Shown piece after piece: positions 19,709 to 28,585 of a DNA stretch of 64,000 bases (positions are counted from its first letter, which is position 1; each line of letters begins with the position of its first letter). The stretch spans positions 384,001-448,000 of the forward strand of contig CAVYNY010000022.1 of assembly GCA_963769935.1 (NCBI GenBank), in the 5' to 3' direction. The notes below the pieces were generated by a model. It did no database searches. It had not been told where the DNA came from and saw nothing but the letters and a program-made list of their open reading frames with translations. A program made the translations under genes and the position numbers. This DNA is from an uncultured delta proteobacterium. Its GTDB lineage: Bacteria > Desulfobacterota > Desulfobacteria > Desulfobacterales > JAFDCJ01.

Positions 19709-21295
19709 TTATGCACCAAGTGCCCTCAGCACAGCCTCGATATTGAGTGAATTCCCACTGAGTTCCTCGACGATGCGCCCACCACGGAACACCAGCGCCC
19801 GGTCGGCCATCTGGACAAGCTCTTCCGTGTCGTAGGCCAGCAGCAGAACCCCGAGCCCCTCGTGAGTGAGCTGATCGATGGTTTGGTGAACCTCCTGCTT
19901 GGCACCCACATCAATCCCGAGCGTCGGCTCGTCAAGGATTAGCACCTTCGGCCCTGCATTCACCAGACGAGCAAGAAGCACCTTTTGCTGGTTCCCACCT
20001 GAGAGCTGGTCAACCTGCTGGCCCGAATGAGTCACGGTCATCTGAAAACGGTCGCGCATCTTTTTGAATGTTTGCTCCATTGCTGGAATGTCAATGAAAC
20101 CCCATTTTCGGGTTGGCCATCGACCGGCGTGCAGGTTGAACCGAACTGACAGTTCGCCAAACAATCCGTCACCTTTGCGATCCCGCGGTAGATAGACGAT
20201 GCCGTGGTCTACCACTCCGGTCACGGTGTCTGCCTCCACCGATGAACCCTCGAGAAGAACCCGGCCCCCATCCCTCGGCTCAAGACCCCCAAGTGCTCGC
20301 GCCAGCTCACTCGCGCCCGAGCCAGGGAGACCGACGAGGCCGAGGATCTCGCCTCGGCCAAGGACAAACGACACGGGTTCACCCCCTCGAGCGCGGAAAT
20401 CTTCGAGCTCGAGGAGTGGCTCCGGGTGCTGCTCCACCTTGCGGCCGAACGATACTACGTCGGTACCTGTGACCAGTTCGGCGAGCTGGGACGGTGGCAC
20501 GGCCCCCGGATCGTTGCCGCGCGCAACGACTTTGCCGTCTCGCAGGACCGTGTACTCGTTGCAAATCTCGCGGAGCTCGCGGATGTAATGCGAGATGAAA
20601 ATGAAGGTCTGTCCCTCCTCGCGGAGTCTTTTGATCCACGCGAAAAAGGATCGCCTCTCCGCCTCCGTGAGGGATGTCGTCGGCTCGTCGAGCATGGCCA
20701 GTTGACCCTCGTCCGCGAGGGTCTTCACAATGCCCAACATACGTTGGTCGGGGATAGACAATGAGCCGGCCAGCGCGTCGACTGGAATGCCGACATAGTG
20801 CGACTCGAGAATCTCGTGCGCCCTTAGACGGACATCCTGCCAGTCGATTAGTCCCTTGCCTCGTGAGAGATTCGACATCATTAGGTTTTCGGCGACTGAC
20901 AGGTCCGGAACGATCTCCGAATCTTGGGTCAGCAGTCGAATGCCCATTTTTCGTCGCTCGACGAGCGCCGTGCCGGTCACATCGCGGTTCTGGAAGAAGA
21001 TCCTTCCACTTGAAGGCGTGACCGCGCCCGCGATCATCTTCACAAGCGTAGACTTTCCGGCACCGTTTTTTCCAACAAGACCGTGAATCGCCCCACGTGA
21101 CACGGCGAAGTCGCTGGGCAGCAATGCCTCAACGCCTCCGTACGTCTTCGCCAGGCCCTCAGCATGGACGATGTGAGTATCGCCATTTTCGAGCGGGGGC
21201 AGCGATGCCTGCCCCCGTTGTTCGGCGTGTGACGAATCCCCGAGCGCTGACACTATGCCTTCAACCCCCAATCTTTTGTCACGACATTGCCCCAC
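19709..21295 (-). CDS. Monosaccharide ABC transporter ATP-binding protein (two ABC domains); start uncertain
   Basis: GKNGAGKS, LDEPT twice, LSGGNQQK. Confidence 0.95.
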   Translation of the reverse strand: MGQCRDKRLGVEGIVSALGDSSHAEQRGQASLPPLENGDTHIVHAEGLAKTYGGVEALLPSDFAVSRGAIHGLVGKNGAGKSTLVKMIAGAVTPSSGRIFFQNRDVTGTALVERRKMGIRLLTQDSEIVPDLSVAENLMMSNLSRGKGLIDWQDVRLRAHEILESHYVGIPVDALAGSLSIPDQRMLGIVKTLADEGQLAMLDEPTTSLTEAERRSFFAWIKRLREEGQTFIFISHYIRELREICNEYTVLRDGKVVARGNDPGAVPPSQLAELVTGTDVVSFGRKVEQHPEPLLELEDFRARGGEPVSFVLGRGEILGLVGLPGSGASELARALGGLEPRDGGRVLLEGSSVEADTVTGVVDHGIVYLPRDRKGDGLFGELSVRFNLHAGRWPTRKWGFIDIPAMEQTFKKMRDRFQMTVTHSGQQVDQLSGGNQQKVLLARLVNAGPKVLILDEPTLGIDVGAKQEVHQTIDQLTHEGLGVLLLAYDTEELVQMADRALVFRGGRIVEELSGNSLNIEAVLRALGA

Positions 21296-22386
21296 TGGCG
21301 AGGGTCGTTAGCGACTTCGGGCGTCTCAATGTAGTACGGCGGGATGTTGACGACCGGGCCAACAATCCCCTTGATCATCTGGATCGGTGCCCGCTCCCAG
21401 TAGTACCTGTCGTTCTCGTACGTTTCGCCCACCGGAATTTCCTTACCCTGCATAGTATACTTGGTCAGCATTTCCACGGCGATCTGTGCATACGCTACCG
21501 GATCCTGGGACACCGAGGCGTCGATGATGCCTTTGCGCACCCAATCCAACGCCATCGGCTCACCATCGATCGTTGTGATGATGACATGGCCGTCCTCGCC
21601 CTTCGGCACCAATCGATTCGCCGCTTTGAGGGCATTTATAACCCCTCGGGTGAGGGTGTCGCTTGGAGCGTGAGCGGCGTCAAGGTCGGGATGCTCAGCC
21701 AGGGTTGCCTCAGTGATTGCTCGTGCGTTCTCCTCGCTGCCCTGGGTCGGCCGACCGATGTTCTGGATACCGGGATAGTCCGAGAACACCCTGTTCCAGC
21801 CCTCGTACCTAAGTCGCCATGCCTCCGGCACAAGCGAGCCGTAAGCGTTAAGAACCTTGCCCCGAGGTTTCCCGTAGCGTTTGGTCAGCAGTTCGACAAT
21901 CTTCTGAGCCGCATCCACACCACCCTGGAAATTGTCGTAGGCGACCGTGATGTCCGCGTAGCCCACGGAGAGCGGCGAGTCGACGACAGCTTGGGGGATG
22001 CCCGCTTTTTTATACTTCGCGGTGATCGGGGCCAAGATCTCCGAGGACACTGGGTTCGAGATCAGCATCGCGGGGTTCTTGAGTAGCAGCGAGTTGAAGT
22101 TCTCTGCCTGGACGATGGCATCGAACTCCGGGTTGGTGGACTGGTACTCGTATCCCTTTTCCTCGACTGCGCGTTTAATCGCTTCATCCAACGCCACGAA
22201 GAAGAAGAAGGCCATCGACTTGTTGGCGTAGACCGCGAGTTTTTTCTTTTGGGCTAGTGCGGTCTTTTCGTAGGCCGTGAGGAGGCCACCCGCTCCCAAA
22301 GCAACAGCTGCCTGTCCTGTGAGTTGGAGGAACCGTCTTCGGTCCATCATAGAGTCATACTCAATCATCCTCTTTTTTTTAGCCAT
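21253..22386 (-). CDS. Sugar ABC transporter substrate-binding protein with Tat signal
   Basis: DRRRFL Tat motif, RbsB-like fold motifs (DNFQGG, IDG, SQDP). Confidence 0.9.
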   Translation of the reverse strand: MAKKKRMIEYDSMMDRRRFLQLTGQAAVALGAGGLLTAYEKTALAQKKKLAVYANKSMAFFFFVALDEAIKRAVEEKGYEYQSTNPEFDAIVQAENFNSLLLKNPAMLISNPVSSEILAPITAKYKKAGIPQAVVDSPLSVGYADITVAYDNFQGGVDAAQKIVELLTKRYGKPRGKVLNAYGSLVPEAWRLRYEGWNRVFSDYPGIQNIGRPTQGSEENARAITEATLAEHPDLDAAHAPSDTLTRGVINALKAANRLVPKGEDGHVIITTIDGEPMALDWVRKGIIDASVSQDPVAYAQIAVEMLTKYTMQGKEIPVGETYENDRYYWERAPIQMIKGIVGPVVNIPPYYIETPEVANDPRQWGNVVTKDWGLKA

Positions 22387-22477
22387 CCTTGCCGTCCTTT
22401 CTAGGGCATCATAGCCCTAATTGATTGGAGTTATCCCCACCCGACATACAGGGATCGCCGGCCAATCCGGCAAAATA

Positions 22478-22512
22478 TTTTATATATTGAAACGGCATCT
22501 CAATATTTGAGA
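22478..22512. promoter_or_regulatory. Candidate IclR operator(s) upstream of the SBP gene
   Basis: Palindrome TCTCAA-TAT-TTGAGA (22498-22512) preceded by the similar TTTTATATATTGAAA. Confidence 0.45.
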
Positions 22513-22709
22513 CGTATTATGTTTTTATCTGCTTGTCAAGTACGGATATTCTTTTTGGACAACTCCTTCGATGAGAGCGGCAGGTCTTCCCTTTGTCAAA
22601 TGATAATTAGGAAAAATGAGCATAGATCGCCTGGGCTGCTTTCCACAAGCGCCGTTTGGAATGACCCCAGTCCACAAGGCTGTTGTAAAGTTGCTTGTCA
22701 GAAACGAAA

Positions 22710-22763
22710 AAGCCTCTATCAGTGAGGTTTCGTTGCCAAGTGAAACCTCACTGATAGAGGCTT
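22710..22763 (-). terminator. Perfect 22-bp inverted repeat downstream of the IclR gene
   Basis: AAGCCTCTATCAGTGAGGTTTC-N10-GAAACCTCACTGATAGAGGCTT, T-rich tail on the minus strand. Confidence 0.65.
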
Positions 22764-22803
22764 AAGATGAAGCGTAACACAAGAGGGGAATATCAGGACA
22801 TAC

Positions 22804-23583
22804 TCATCTTGTCCACGTAATCCCACCTAGTTGCTCTGAAAGTTCCCGAGAAGCCTTCAACAGCGGTTCTTTTAGCTCCTCTAGTTTCTCAAACGAAAAG
22901 CGCGAATCGGGTCCAGATATGCTGATCCCTCTATGAACTCGTCCTCCGCTTTCAAAGATAGGTACAGCAATACAGCGCATGCTGTCGGAGAATTCGTGAT
23001 CATCAGTAGCATAACCTTGAGATCGGATAAGCTGCAATTCTCTTCTGAACTCATCCGGATCTGTAATGGTGTTGCTGGCCATTTTAGGCAGTCCCGCAGC
23101 CACAAACGCTTCAATATATCGTATATCTTGAAAGGCTAACAAGACTTTGCCGATGGATGTACAATGCAACGACTCTCGATCACCTATCTGAAAATCGACG
23201 GTGACGAGCTGTGTGCCCTTCACCTTCAGCACGATTACCGTCCTATGGCCGTCTAAAACGGAGAGGTGTAGGGTTTCGTGGGTCTCGTCAGTTATCTGTT
23301 CAAGCCTTTGACGGATCAATTCAGTGACCTCATTGTCTGCCAGCAAGTTGCGACTCAAGGAGATGACTTTGTAGCTGAGTCTGTATCGCTTCGAGATCTC
23401 GTCCTGGGTGACGTACCTGGCATCGACCAGTGTCTTCAGCATACGATAAGCTGTGCCTTTATCGATACCCACCTGTTCGGCCGCTTCGGTGACGGAAATT
23501 GGCTGTGAGGAAAACGCGACAGTCTCAAGCACGTTGAGTGCTTTGAGCGCAGTAGAACTTGTATTGGCACTATTGTTTGCCAC
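22804..23583 (-). CDS. IclR-family transcriptional regulator
   Basis: KALNVLE HTH, HCTSIGKVLLA, GYATDDHE, CIAVPI, ISISGP. Confidence 0.95.
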   Translation of the reverse strand: MANNSANTSSTALKALNVLETVAFSSQPISVTEAAEQVGIDKGTAYRMLKTLVDARYVTQDEISKRYRLSYKVISLSRNLLADNEVTELIRQRLEQITDETHETLHLSVLDGHRTVIVLKVKGTQLVTVDFQIGDRESLHCTSIGKVLLAFQDIRYIEAFVAAGLPKMASNTITDPDEFRRELQLIRSQGYATDDHEFSDSMRCIAVPIFESGGRVHRGISISGPDSRFSFEKLEELKEPLLKASRELSEQLGGITWTR

Positions 23584-24078
23584 AGGCTTCCCTTTATTTT
23601 AAATAGTGTGTTGATGTTTCAAAACCAGCAATATATTTTGATAAATGAAAAAGTAGTTAATATAGAATATAGCAGATTCTGCTTATATGTGTCAAAACGG
23701 GATGCGAATTAGTACAGCCTCCCAAAGGTTTTGAGAGTGGTTTTTATGCTTAGTTGCAAAGTTAAAGGGATTAAAAAGAGCCAAGATAACTATTTGGATT
23801 TGGGAGTTGGGGTCGGACCACGCTGAACGTTTGATAATTATCTATCTATGCTAAAAATAGTGCCGTTTTTGGGCTTAAAGTTATGATTTTGTTGGCAAAA
23901 AGACCAGTGTAAGAAAAATATGTCATTTATTTTTGCCGAAACTGGATTGTGCCCAAATTGTGCCCGTCAAGGTCAAACATTTCCAAACAGTTCCAAACGA
24001 AACCAAAAATAGCCTGATAAATTGGAATCGAATCAAGTGCCTGTAATTACAGCGGTTTCGAATTTTCAAAAAATTGGT

Positions 24079-24126
24079 CTGAAAATCCCCGTGTCGGCAG
24101 TTCGATTCTGTCCCTCGGCACCATAA
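24079..24126 (+). repeat. attR: duplicated 3' half of tRNA-Phe, followed by a terminator hairpin (~24125-24159)
   Basis: Identical to 7399-7446; 5' half of the tRNA absent. Confidence 0.95.
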
Positions 24127-24288
24127 AAAAAGCCCCAGATATTTCTCTGGGGCTTTTTTATTCCGTTTTTTAGTCTCATCCAGCAAGCAGTGGTGGCGGG
24201 CAAATTGCCGATGTTCTTGACAGACCTAACGGATATAGTTATCATGATGTATAAATATATACACTATGCCATCATGGAGGTATTTGAT

Positions 24289-24537
24289 ATGCTGCGAACT
24301 CAAATTCAGATTGAAGAGGATCAAATTAAGTGGCTTAGAAATACGGCCAAGGAGAGAGGTGTGTCGGTATCTCAATTAATCCGCGAAGGGGTTGAATTTT
24401 ACCGTAAATATGAGGACCGGCTTCCTGAAGATAAAAAAAAGAAAGCCCTGGAAGCAATCGGGCGTTATGCTTCAGGTGTTTCTGACATATCTGAAAGGCA
24501 TGATGATTATCTGGCTAAAGCTTTTAAAGCAGGGTAA
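24289..24537 (+). CDS. Ribbon-helix-helix (CopG-like) antitoxin
   Basis: MLRTQIQI...GVSVSQLIREGV, SERHDDYL tail, GGAGG RBS. Confidence 0.85.
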   Translation: MLRTQIQIEEDQIKWLRNTAKERGVSVSQLIREGVEFYRKYEDRLPEDKKKKALEAIGRYASGVSDISERHDDYLAKAFKAG

Positions 24538-24541
24538 AGAC

Positions 24542-24964
24542 ATGACAATTGAAAAAGTATTTATCGACACCTCAGCTTTTTATGCGTTGATGGACCGTTC
24601 GGATAGCTACCACCAATCAGCAAGCAGACTTTGGACCCATTTTCTTGACAAGGGTTATGAACTGAAGACGAGCAATTATGTTACGGTCGAAACTCTGGCT
24701 TTATTGCAAAACAGATTAGGCTTTGAAGCCGCCGATCTCTGGTCCCGAGATGTACTTGGTATTGTGGAATCAATTTGGATTCATGAAGTACTCCATAATT
24801 TGGCATTTGAAATTTGGTTGAGCCTTGGAAGACGGAAATTAAGCTTGGTAGACTGTGCAAGTTTCGTGGTTATGCGGCATGTCAAAGTGGAAAAAGTCTT
24901 TGGATTCGATAAGCATTTCACTGAACATGGCTTTGACGTTTTGAATGAGCGTGCCCTGCGTTGA
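24542..24964 (+). CDS. vapC: PIN-domain VapC toxin
   Basis: FIDTSAF, E, SLVDCASF, FDKHF. Confidence 0.9.
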   Translation: MTIEKVFIDTSAFYALMDRSDSYHQSASRLWTHFLDKGYELKTSNYVTVETLALLQNRLGFEAADLWSRDVLGIVESIWIHEVLHNLAFEIWLSLGRRKLSLVDCASFVVMRHVKVEKVFGFDKHFTEHGFDVLNERALR

Positions 24965-25165
24965 TTTTGTCGATATTTAAATGCGATTGATGCATCAGCT
25001 CTCCGCCAACCTTTTTAGTGAAAAAACTCCATCCAAACCCTTTACCGGTTTGGGAATCTTGCGCAGACGCCCTCCGTTGCATAGCACCTTTTGCAGGTCC
25101 CTTGTTCTCCCTAAAGCACTTTTTGCACGAATGTCCCCTATTGTCCTTTTGCCGCGGATCCCGCG

Positions 25166-25573
25166 TTAGGCCTCGATACTGCCGATGATGTCAGTGTCTG
25201 CAAAGTTGCCGGCAATTCGAGAACTGAAGATGTCACCAATCCCCTGATCAAAGACAAGCTCGGGGGGAACCCGCGAGTCGATGCAGCCCAGTACCACGGC
25301 GAACGGGTATTGCCCCGCAGCTGTCGCCCGGACCTGAGCCATCAGGTTACGCTGGAGCATCTTTCCGTCTACGAATCGCTCGTTACCATCCTTGAGCGCG
25401 CGGAGCGCTTGCGCCGGCGTCATGTTGCCCTGTGACTCTTCTGACATCGCGGGAATCTCAGCCGCTAACGCACGGCCGGACACTGTAAGTAGGGCTCCCG
25501 CAGCCGCTGCGGCCGGCAGCAATTTGAGTAGTTGGCGTCTGTTCATCATTTTGTCCTCTTTTCTTTCCTGCAA
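25166..25573 (-). pseudogene. C-terminally truncated Tat-exported beta-carbonic anhydrase
   Basis: NRRQLL signal, LKDGNERF, CIDSRV, RIAGN; stops before the H-x2-C zinc ligands. Confidence 0.85.
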
Positions 25574-25736
25574 AATCGTCTCAGCGTATTAACGGGCAGC
25601 TTTTTCCCTTGGATTCATCTTTGCGACGGTAAAATGGTCATTCTCAGGCCGGTAAACGGTCTCGTTTTTGACATCACGATTTAGTTGCCGTTATTCTACG
25701 TTGGTCCGGTGCCGGTTTGTCCGGGGTCGTCTTCGT

Positions 25737-25830
25737 GTGGGAGTGGCTTCTGCCTGCATCCCGGGTCAGCGAGGCTGCCACGAAAGGAACTCCCTCTAAA
25801 GCTTTGATCGTGGCTGGAAGCCGGTCCCAC
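25737..25830. repeat. GTGG-type inverted REP pair (REPIN-like) with a nested insertion in the left arm
   Basis: GTGGGAGTGGCTTC...GCCACGA faces TCGTGGCTGGAAGCCGGTCCCAC. Confidence 0.6.
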
Positions 25831-26314
25831 GAGGATGGCCACAGTTCTTAAGTTAACGACATTATCTTCATTTACAAATAAGAAAATATGGGTGCTTTGT
25901 TGGGATATCAAGTTGAATTTTGGAATTGTAATTGGAATGATAGTCAGGCTCAAATGACGATTAAACTTCACGTGAGGAGGGTCGATTGATAGAAAAATAT
26001 GAGCAAAATTCAGTTTCTATGTCTCTTGAAGCGGTTTATTGAGATCTTTCTGAATATTCACCCATGAGTCTTCACTAATCACTCTGATTATGGAGGTCAG
26101 GATTTTTTTGTTGCTGTCCAGCCGCGAGAAAATATTCGCCCGGTCTGTGTCCTGGCACTGGGTAAGTCTGAAAGCAAGACGCAGTGTGTTCACATGCTCC
26201 TTTTTTTGGGGGCCATAGCAGACAAAGGTGGCTCTCATAAGGATTCAGGGCAACAGTGAACCGCTATGTTTTTTTTATGCAAGCAAGGGATCAATTTACG
26301 GAGAGGGCGGCCTT

Positions 26315-27373
26315 CTACGCTGGGTTGTTTTCGCAGACGTCCTTAAAAAGCTCGAGATTCGTGGCTTGCGCGTCCATCATGCCCTGCTTGTTTTCGGCGG
26401 GCAGTGCTGCCCCCATCCAGTTCACGTTGAAATTCAGTCGCGTACGCCCCTCGCCTTGAGGATATAAATCGTAGTAGAGCACGATCGTCAAGTCGATGTC
26501 GGGTATTTCTACTTGCTCCGAATAAAGGGCATGGTCTTCGCTGAAGTCGCGGTAAATGGCGGTGTTGATCAGCGTCATTCCCATGAACACACAGTTGTGC
26601 CGCATGCCTATACGCTCCGACGTCATTTCGCGATTTATAGAATCAACGCCCGCCAGCCAATCCGGCCGCTTGTCGACATTGATCAACGTTTGGTAAACTG
26701 CTTTAAGAGGTGCATTGATCACAATTTCAAGATTGTCGTCCCCTTTTTCGACAACGAAACTTGGAGGCGACGGTGGCGGAGGGATCCGGGCTTTGTAATC
26801 GGTCAGCGTTGCAAATTCGAAGTCGACTTTGCCGATTCCGTCGTAACTCTGACTTGATTTTGACCATTGGAGCGTCGGATTTGGATCGCTGTGGCCGATT
26901 GCTTCGCAGCAAGGCACGGTTATCAGGACGTATTCGTCAGAGTCGACGTTGTTCTTCAGGAGCCGGTGAGCGATGATCATGTCAACTCCGGTCGCTTTGA
27001 CGAACTGAGCGACCTTAACTTCCTTGATGTACCCAAAGTGCGTGATGAACTTGAGCGTCAGATTGCTGGCAGACTGGCACGCCCCGCACTGGCAGACTGT
27101 GTCACGTTCTATGACCATGAGTTGTCGGTGGAAGTTCGAAAACATGCTCAGGCACTGATCGACGAGTTGTTTGTGTCGCAGCGGTTCGCCCTTGCGGTAG
27201 AACAGAACGGCATCACCTTCGATCTCAGCCAATGTGAACCCCGTATCGTTTGACTCGACGATACGTTCCAGCAGCTCTGTTATGATGTGGGCGCAGTGAT
27301 CGATCTCCGTGGTGCTCGTGAAATCAGTAAAACCACTGATGTCGGGAATGAGGATTATCGCTTGTTCAGCCAT
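26315..27373 (-). CDS. DUF2652 (class III cyclase-like) domain plus SRPBCC domain protein
   Basis: IPDISGFT, EIEGDA, CQCGAC, AHRLLKN; C-terminal INAP..VY..L.....PDW. Confidence 0.8.
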   Translation of the reverse strand: MAEQAIILIPDISGFTDFTSTTEIDHCAHIITELLERIVESNDTGFTLAEIEGDAVLFYRKGEPLRHKQLVDQCLSMFSNFHRQLMVIERDTVCQCGACQSASNLTLKFITHFGYIKEVKVAQFVKATGVDMIIAHRLLKNNVDSDEYVLITVPCCEAIGHSDPNPTLQWSKSSQSYDGIGKVDFEFATLTDYKARIPPPPSPPSFVVEKGDDNLEIVINAPLKAVYQTLINVDKRPDWLAGVDSINREMTSERIGMRHNCVFMGMTLINTAIYRDFSEDHALYSEQVEIPDIDLTIVLYYDLYPQGEGRTRLNFNVNWMGAALPAENKQGMMDAQATNLELFKDVCENNPA

Positions 27374-27458
27374 AGGGAGGGTCCTTTAAGGGAAGATAGG
27401 AAGTTGTTTATTCAAAGCGGATAAATGGAAAATAGTCAATTTGGTGTCGGTTTTAGCT

Positions 27459-27582
27459 GTCGACTTCGCTCACCCGTCGAGCTTCCGACTTCGCTCTTCG
27501 AGCTACGACGGGACAAGACGGCGGGACAAGACGGCGGGACAAGATGACGGAACAAGACGACGGAACAAGAGACAGCCCTACG
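27459..27582. repeat. Nested REP-like cluster with five 13-bp tandem units
   Basis: GACG(G/A)CGG(G/A)ACAA-like units x5 at 27504-27568. Confidence 0.8.
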
Positions 27583-27857
27583 TATTGAAGCGGCCTTTAA
27601 CGCAAACAATAATCACTTAAGTAATCACAGCAGGTTTTGATGTCAAGATTTGATTTTTTACGATGGAATTCAAAATACTGGTCGATTTGAGTCCCGTCGC
27701 CGGCGTGATTCACCGCTATGGCCTCAGCTGGATTTTTTTTATATAACTTGCGCCGAATTTTTTGAACTATAGATCTAACCTGACAAGCATAACGGCACCA
27801 TTATTTTTATGGAGAAGATGGCTTGACAACTTTATAATTGATGCTATGATGCTTTTT

Positions 27858-28124
27858 ATGAGAACAACATTAACCATAGATGACGATTTGGCGCGAGAAT
27901 TGCGGGAGAAAGCCCACAATACTGGGGCTCCTTTCAAAGAGGTCGTTAATAAAGCTATCAGGGCCGGTCTAGAGCATGTTGATAAACCCAAGCAGAAAAA
28001 ACCTTACAAGCTTAAGACCTATTCCCTTGGATATCCGCCCGGTGCAGATCTCGACCATGCATTGAATCTTGCAGATCGATTGGAATCGGAAGAAATCGCA
28101 CGGAAGCTCTCGTTACGCAAATGA
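27858..28124 (+). CDS. VapB-type antitoxin
   Basis: MRTTLTIDDDL...FKEVVNKAIRAG; ATGA overlap with the PIN gene. Confidence 0.85.
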   Translation: MRTTLTIDDDLARELREKAHNTGAPFKEVVNKAIRAGLEHVDKPKQKKPYKLKTYSLGYPPGADLDHALNLADRLESEEIARKLSLRK

Positions 28125-28549
28125 AACTTGTTGATATCAATTTGTTGATTTATGCCATCAATGAAGATGCCCCTCATCATTTTAAAGCCAAGAAATGGCT
28201 CGAGGATTCCCTGTCAAACGATGAACCTATCGGTTTTGCCTGGATCGTCATTTTAGGCTTCCTTCGAATTGTTACCAACGGCAGGATTATGCCGACACCA
28301 CTAATGCCTGAGGTTGCTATCGACTTTGTCAACGATTGGCTTCAGCAGCCGCCGTCTCTAACTGTTGTACCGACACATCAACACTGGTCAATTTTCAAAG
28401 AACTTCTCATGCCCCTTGGAACGGCTGCTAATTTAACGTCCGATGCCCATCTTGCCGCTTTAGCTATTGAACATGGAGCTCGTCTCTATTCTACAGACAA
28501 TGATTTCAGTCGCTTTCGAACGCTGCGGTGGACAAATCCGATAGAATAA
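28121..28549 (+). CDS. vapC: PIN-domain VapC toxin
   Basis: VDINLLIYA, DAHLAALAIEHG, STDNDF. Confidence 0.92.
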   Translation: MKLVDINLLIYAINEDAPHHFKAKKWLEDSLSNDEPIGFAWIVILGFLRIVTNGRIMPTPLMPEVAIDFVNDWLQQPPSLTVVPTHQHWSIFKELLMPLGTAANLTSDAHLAALAIEHGARLYSTDNDFSRFRTLRWTNPIE

Positions 28550-28585
28550 AAAATTCCCATTGTCTAATCCCGCATCCGGCACATT

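Larger units (their letters stand above)
7399..24126. mobile_element. Genomic island integrated in tRNA-Phe (attL 7399-7446, attR 24079-24126)
   Basis: Identical 48-bp direct repeat starting at the anticodon loop; accessory cargo in between; no integrase ORF recognised. Confidence 0.9.

Noticed and set aside
24079..24123. Second tRNA-Phe gene
   Set aside because: Only the 3' half is present; it is the att duplication
23923..24186. 87-aa ORF containing WCRGTESNCRH
   Set aside because: This is the antisense translation of the tRNA fragment
27504..27568. CRISPR-like array
   Set aside because: 13-bp units with no spacers, and no cas genes in the window
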